A program made the translations under genes and the position numbers. From Stegostoma tigrinum (lineage: Eukaryota): a stretch of 64,000 nucleotides of DNA. The stretch spans positions 21,818,647 through 21,882,646 of the forward strand of contig NC_081387.1 of NCBI RefSeq assembly GCF_030684315.1, read 5' to 3'. The notes beneath the pieces were generated by a model, which was given only the letters and a program-made list of their open reading frames with translations, was not told the origin of the DNA and did not search any database. This document shows positions 59,380-64,000 of this stretch, in pieces; position 1 is the first letter of the stretch, and the number at the start of each line of letters is the position of its first letter.

Positions 59380-60200
59380 TTTCTACCCCGAGCACCTCTA
59401 GCAGTGAACGATTCTCTTCCCCCTCCCCAAACTCCACGTGCCATGAATTACTCACACATTTTATACATGCTCGTCGCGTCATCCCTGCTCCGAGGGGAAC
59501 ATCTCCAATCTCTCTTCGTAACTGAAACTCTCCAGCCCAGGCACTATCCTGGTAAATCTCCCTTGGACCCTCTCCAGTGCACTCACTTCCTGCCAATAAG
59601 GCGGACTCCAGGACTGGGCACAATACTCTAGCTGTGGCCTCAGCAATGTTTTACCTCGTTCAAGCATAAGTCCCTTCCTTTTAAACTGCCTCAACAAATA
59701 GAGATGATGTGAAGGTGTTGGTGTTGGACTTGGGTGGACAAAGTCAGAAATCACACCACATCAGGCCATAGCCCAGCAGATATATTTGAAGCCATCAGCT
59801 CCTTCGTCAGGGGAAGTGGGACCCGAATAAAGCCAAGTATACATATGCCTTCTTATGCAATTTATTCTCCTCTCCTGTCACTTTATGGGACTGGTGGAAC
59901 ATGCTCACCAGGATCCCTCTGATCCTTGGTGCTTGTCAGGGTCCGACCACTCATCATGTACTCCCTTGCATTGTTTGTCCTGTTCAAGTGCATCACCTCA
60001 CATTTATTTCGATTGAATTCAATTTGCCATTGATCAGCCCACTTGACCAGCCGCCCATAACCGCCTTGTACGCTAAGGCTGTCCTCCTTACTATTTACTC
60101 CCTTCCACTTTTTGTAATGTCTGCAAACTTGCTGATCGACCTTCTCCATTCAGCTCCAAAGCATTTCTATAAATCACATGGAGCAAGCACCCCAACACGG
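59380..60200 (-). mobile_element. CR1-type LINE fragment
   Basis: RPQLEYCAQSWSP...LERVQGRFTR; WADQWQIEFN..KCEVMH. Confidence 0.85.
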
Positions 60201-60273
60201 ACCACTGTGAGATCCGAATGGCGAGAGACATCCAGTATGTGTCCGGTCCATAACTGTCAGATTTTCCCTCCTG

Positions 60274-61742
60274 GATAACAAAGTGTGAAGCTGGATGAAC
60301 ACAGCAGGCCAAGCTGCATCACAGGAGCATAAAAGCTGACGTTTTGGGCCTAGACCCTTCATCAGAGAGGGGAATGGGGAGAGGGAACTGGAATAAATAG
60401 GGAGGGGGGAGGCGGACCGAAAATGGAGAGAAAACAAGATAAGTAGAGAGAAGAGTATAGGTGGGGAGGTAGGGAGGGGATAGGTCAGTCCAGGGAAGAT
60501 GGACAGGTCAAGGAGGTGGGATGAGGTGGTAGGTAGGAAATGGAGGCGCGGCTTGAGGTGGGATGAAGGGATGGGTGAGAGGAAGAACAGGTTAGGGAAG
60601 CAGAGACAGGCTGGTTTGGTTTTGGGATGCAGTGTGGGGAGGGGATGAGCTGGGCTGGTTTTGTGATGCAGAGGGGGCAGGGAAGAACTGGGCTGGTTTT
60701 GGGATGTAGCAGGGGAAGGGGAGATTTTGAAGCTTGTGAAGTCCACGTTAATACCATTGGGCTGCAGGGTTCCCAAGCGGAATATGAGTTGCTGTTCCTG
60801 CAACCTTCGGGTGGCATTATTGTGGCACTGCAGGAGGCCCATGATGGACATGTCGTCTGGGGAATGGGAGGGGGAGTTAAAATGGTTCCCGAACGGGAGG
60901 TGCAGTTGTTTGTTGCAAACTGAGCGGAGGCGTTCTGCAAAGCAGTCCCCAAGCCTCCGCTTGATTTCCCCAATGTAGAGGAATGCCACACCGGGTGCAA
61001 TGGATACAATATACCACATTGGCAGATGTGCAGGTGAACATCTGTTTGATATGGAAGGTCATCCTGGGGCCTGGGATGGGGGTGAGGGAGGAGGTGTGGG
61101 GGCAAGTGTAGCACTTCCTGTGGTTGCAGGGGAAGGTGCCGGGTTTGGTGGGGTTGGAGGGCAATGTGGAGCAAACAAGGGAGTCACGGAGAGAGTGGTC
61201 TCTCCGGAAAGCAGACAAGGGTGGGGATGGAAAAATGGCTTGGGTGGTGGGATCGGATTGTAGATGGCGGAAGTGTCGGGTGATGACACGTTGTATCCGG
61301 AGATTGGTGGTGTGGTGTGTGAGAACGAGGGGGATCCTCTTGGGGCAGCTGTGGCGGGGGCGGGGTGTGAGGGATGTGTTGCGGGAAATGCAGGAGACGC
61401 GGTCAAGGGCGTTCTTGACCACTGCGGGGGGAAAGTTGCGGTCCTGGAAGAACGTGGACATCTGGGATGTGCGGGAGTGGAATGCCTCATCGTGGGAGCA
61501 GATGTGGCAGAGGCGAAGGAATTGGGAATAGTGGATGGAATTTTTGCAGGAGGGTGGGTGGGAGGAGGTGTATTCCAGGTAGCTGTGGGAGTCTGTGGGC
61601 TTGAAATGGACATCAGGTACAAGCTGGTTACCTGAGATGGAGACTGAGATGTCCAGGAAGGTGAGGGATGTGCTGGAGATGGACCAGGTGAACTTGAGGT
61701 TGGGGTGGAAGGTGTTGGTAAAGTGGACGAACTGTTCGAGCT
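60274..61742 (-). mobile_element. Penelope-like element, 5'-truncated (RT C-terminus + GIY-YIG)
   Basis: ORFs 60877-61770 and 60174-61019 with a frameshift. Confidence 0.92.
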
Positions 61743-63784
61743 CTCTGCCCTCATCAATCATCTTTGTCACTTCCTCTAAAAACTCAATGACATTTATGGC
61801 ACATGCCTTCTCCTCTGCTTTGCCATTTCAAAGGATCATCCCTGGTATGATCATTCAGTTCCACTTTCCAGCCTTAGCCGCGTGACCCTTGGTTCCCCTC
61901 CTTGTTACAAACTGACTACACCAGCCTTGTGTACAATGAACGATCCAGCCTCAGCAGCTCTCTGCAGTATTGAATTCGACACAAATACAGAGAAAGCTGG
62001 AGAAACTCAGCAGGTCTGGCAGCTGAAGAGAGAGAAATGTTTCAAGTCCTTTATGACTCTTGTGCAGAGCTGCTTGTTTAACAGGAGGGTGTCGAAAAGT
62101 GCTATTTTGTGTGATGGGTTCGAGAAGCTTCACAGTCCTTTGCTCACCACAGAGGCATGACCCTGCTGTTTAAACAGGGATTCAAGTAGATAACACTGTG
62201 TCCTGGCCAGCATTGGGGAAGCTAATTCTGAAGCCTACTTGAAGCTGAATTAGTCAACTCTTTGAAATGGTCTGTAAGAATCTGCATTTCACTGCCAATC
62301 ACAAAGTATCCTACAAACATGGAAATTGGCGGAGAACCTGCAGAAACATCACTGGATCTGAAATGTTGACTCTGCTTTCTCTGCACAGGTGCTACTTTAC
62401 CTATTGGGTTTCATTGCTCGTGGAATAGACCAACATGGAACATCAATGTAAAACTCACCTCATCTCAAAAATACACAATCACTGCCACTTCATCAAATTC
62501 ATCTGCATGCTGTCATTGTCATTTCATTCCTTAGGTTCAATATTACTTCTATTTCTTTTGGGTGACAATTTCTTAGAAACCTTTTACAGTCCAGAATACA
62601 TTCTGTCTGAATCCGAACTGAATCCTAATCTAGCTTCATTAGAAATTTCAATCAATTCAATTCAATTTGACTTGCCTTTCACAATCCCATACTGGTTTTC
62701 CTGAATTATCCAGACTTGCTGAACAGTGTTGGAGATTTTCCTCAAAATTTCTCACCACTGAGGTTAATCTCACTGACCTGTTGCTGCTGGAATAATGTTT
62801 ACATCTTTTATAAGAAAATGAAACATTTACTGTGCTGAAAAATTGCAATTTTCTGAAACCAAAATGCATTGAATTGGATCAAAGTATGACTGTAAAAACA
62901 ATATTGCAGGGCAGCAGGGAAAAGGGACTGGACTTAGACCAACTGACTAAATCTGTCCATGCGCCTCGACGCCCTCAAGGGCTGAAACAGACAGATATTC
63001 CTACTGCTTGCCTCTTGACCTCATCGTTGGTGACAATGACTGAAGTTCCAGAATAAATATGGCATCGTTTCTTGGTAACTAACACACCACAGACTCGAAA
63101 CAGCAAATTTTAGAATAATCCAGATGAGGTTGGAATGCAAACTGTAAGATTCATATTCTGAAGAAATTTGCATATAAAACAAACAACAGATTTACTCTCA
63201 GATTCTTGGATTTATTGATAAAGAGGATACTTTTTAAAAAATCTTGCCTTCATTCAAGTGAATTGCAGATGTTGTTCATGGAAGAATCTATTTGCAAATT
63301 TTATCCTGCAGTCCAATATAAATTCTAATTACACAAACACTGACACCATATGAGTATGTTCCATGCATCGGGTGCTAGAGCAATGATTTTTATCAACCAG
63401 ACATTTTCATTGTGAGGATTGAGGATTATTTCACTGTTGTAAATGATGACAGAGCAATTAATCAGGGGTGAATGATAACTGTGACTCCACCTACATTCCA
63501 GCGTGCACCAACTAGAATATTTTAAAATGGTTAAATATTGTCTGATCATAACACGGCAAATCAGATCATCCACCACTTTCAAATCTGACAGGATTTCAAA
63601 TCAGTATTTACAGCAATCTCACCCCATATGGGTATTTTAATACTCCCAAGACAAGTTCCTATTCTAACATAAAGCGAGCTCCCGTAAACATTGAGGTTTC
63701 TTTCTCTCCAGTTTTATGACATAGAAGTGACATCCTGAGCAATCATGAAATGATTTGGTGTCCCCCTGGAAAGACACCACTGAT

Positions 63785-64000
63785 TGGCTGTTGGTTTGTT
63801 CGCCAAGCTTGGCAAATGAATTGCAAATGTTTCATCTCCAGTCAAGGAGACATCATCGGTGCGTAGGTGGGTGATTCCTCTGGTGCTCGCATTTATATAG
63901 GTTGCCTAAGAGTAGTTAATGTTCTCGATTTTGATTAGTGGATATTTTTGGTAGTTAATGTTCTCGATTTTGACAGGTCGATATTTTAGTAGTTAATGAT
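63785..64000 (-). mobile_element. Probable 3' end of another PLE family with a decayed hammerhead (about 63826-63858), followed by a 38-39 bp tandem repeat (63911-64000)
   Basis: Reverse complement CCGATGATGTCTCCTTGACTGGAGATGAAACATT; GTAGTTAATG recurs at 63912, 63951 and 63989. Confidence 0.5.

Overview
Vertebrate genomic DNA, very likely an elasmobranch (shark) judging by its repeat families (V-SINE/HE1-like, Deu-SINE-like, CR1, abundant Penelope-like elements). It holds two tandem + strand butyrophilin-like genes (IgV-IgC-TM-helical microexon stalk-B30.2/PRY-SPRY). Gene 1 enters the window in its IgV exon and ends at 13407. Gene 2 is complete (about 21.2-50.5 kb) but has an in-frame TGA at the start of its transmembrane exon (29843-29845). 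All stalk exons I found are exactly 27 nt, phase 1 (5 in gene 1, 11 in gene 2), and the genes differ by blocks of 2 and 4 exons. The two genes have near-identical IgC exons but very divergent B30.2 exons. An inverted third-gene relic at 53.0-58.9 kb keeps an ISRE-bearing promoter/exon 1 and a 3'UTR piece, with no recognisable coding exons. Many Penelope-like (RT + GIY-YIG) insertions are fold-back palindromes bounded by a single 11-16 bp target-site duplication, have a 34-41 nt one-sided tail, and carry minimal hammerhead-ribozyme cores. All exon calls, alignments and counts were made by eye; no database searches were run.
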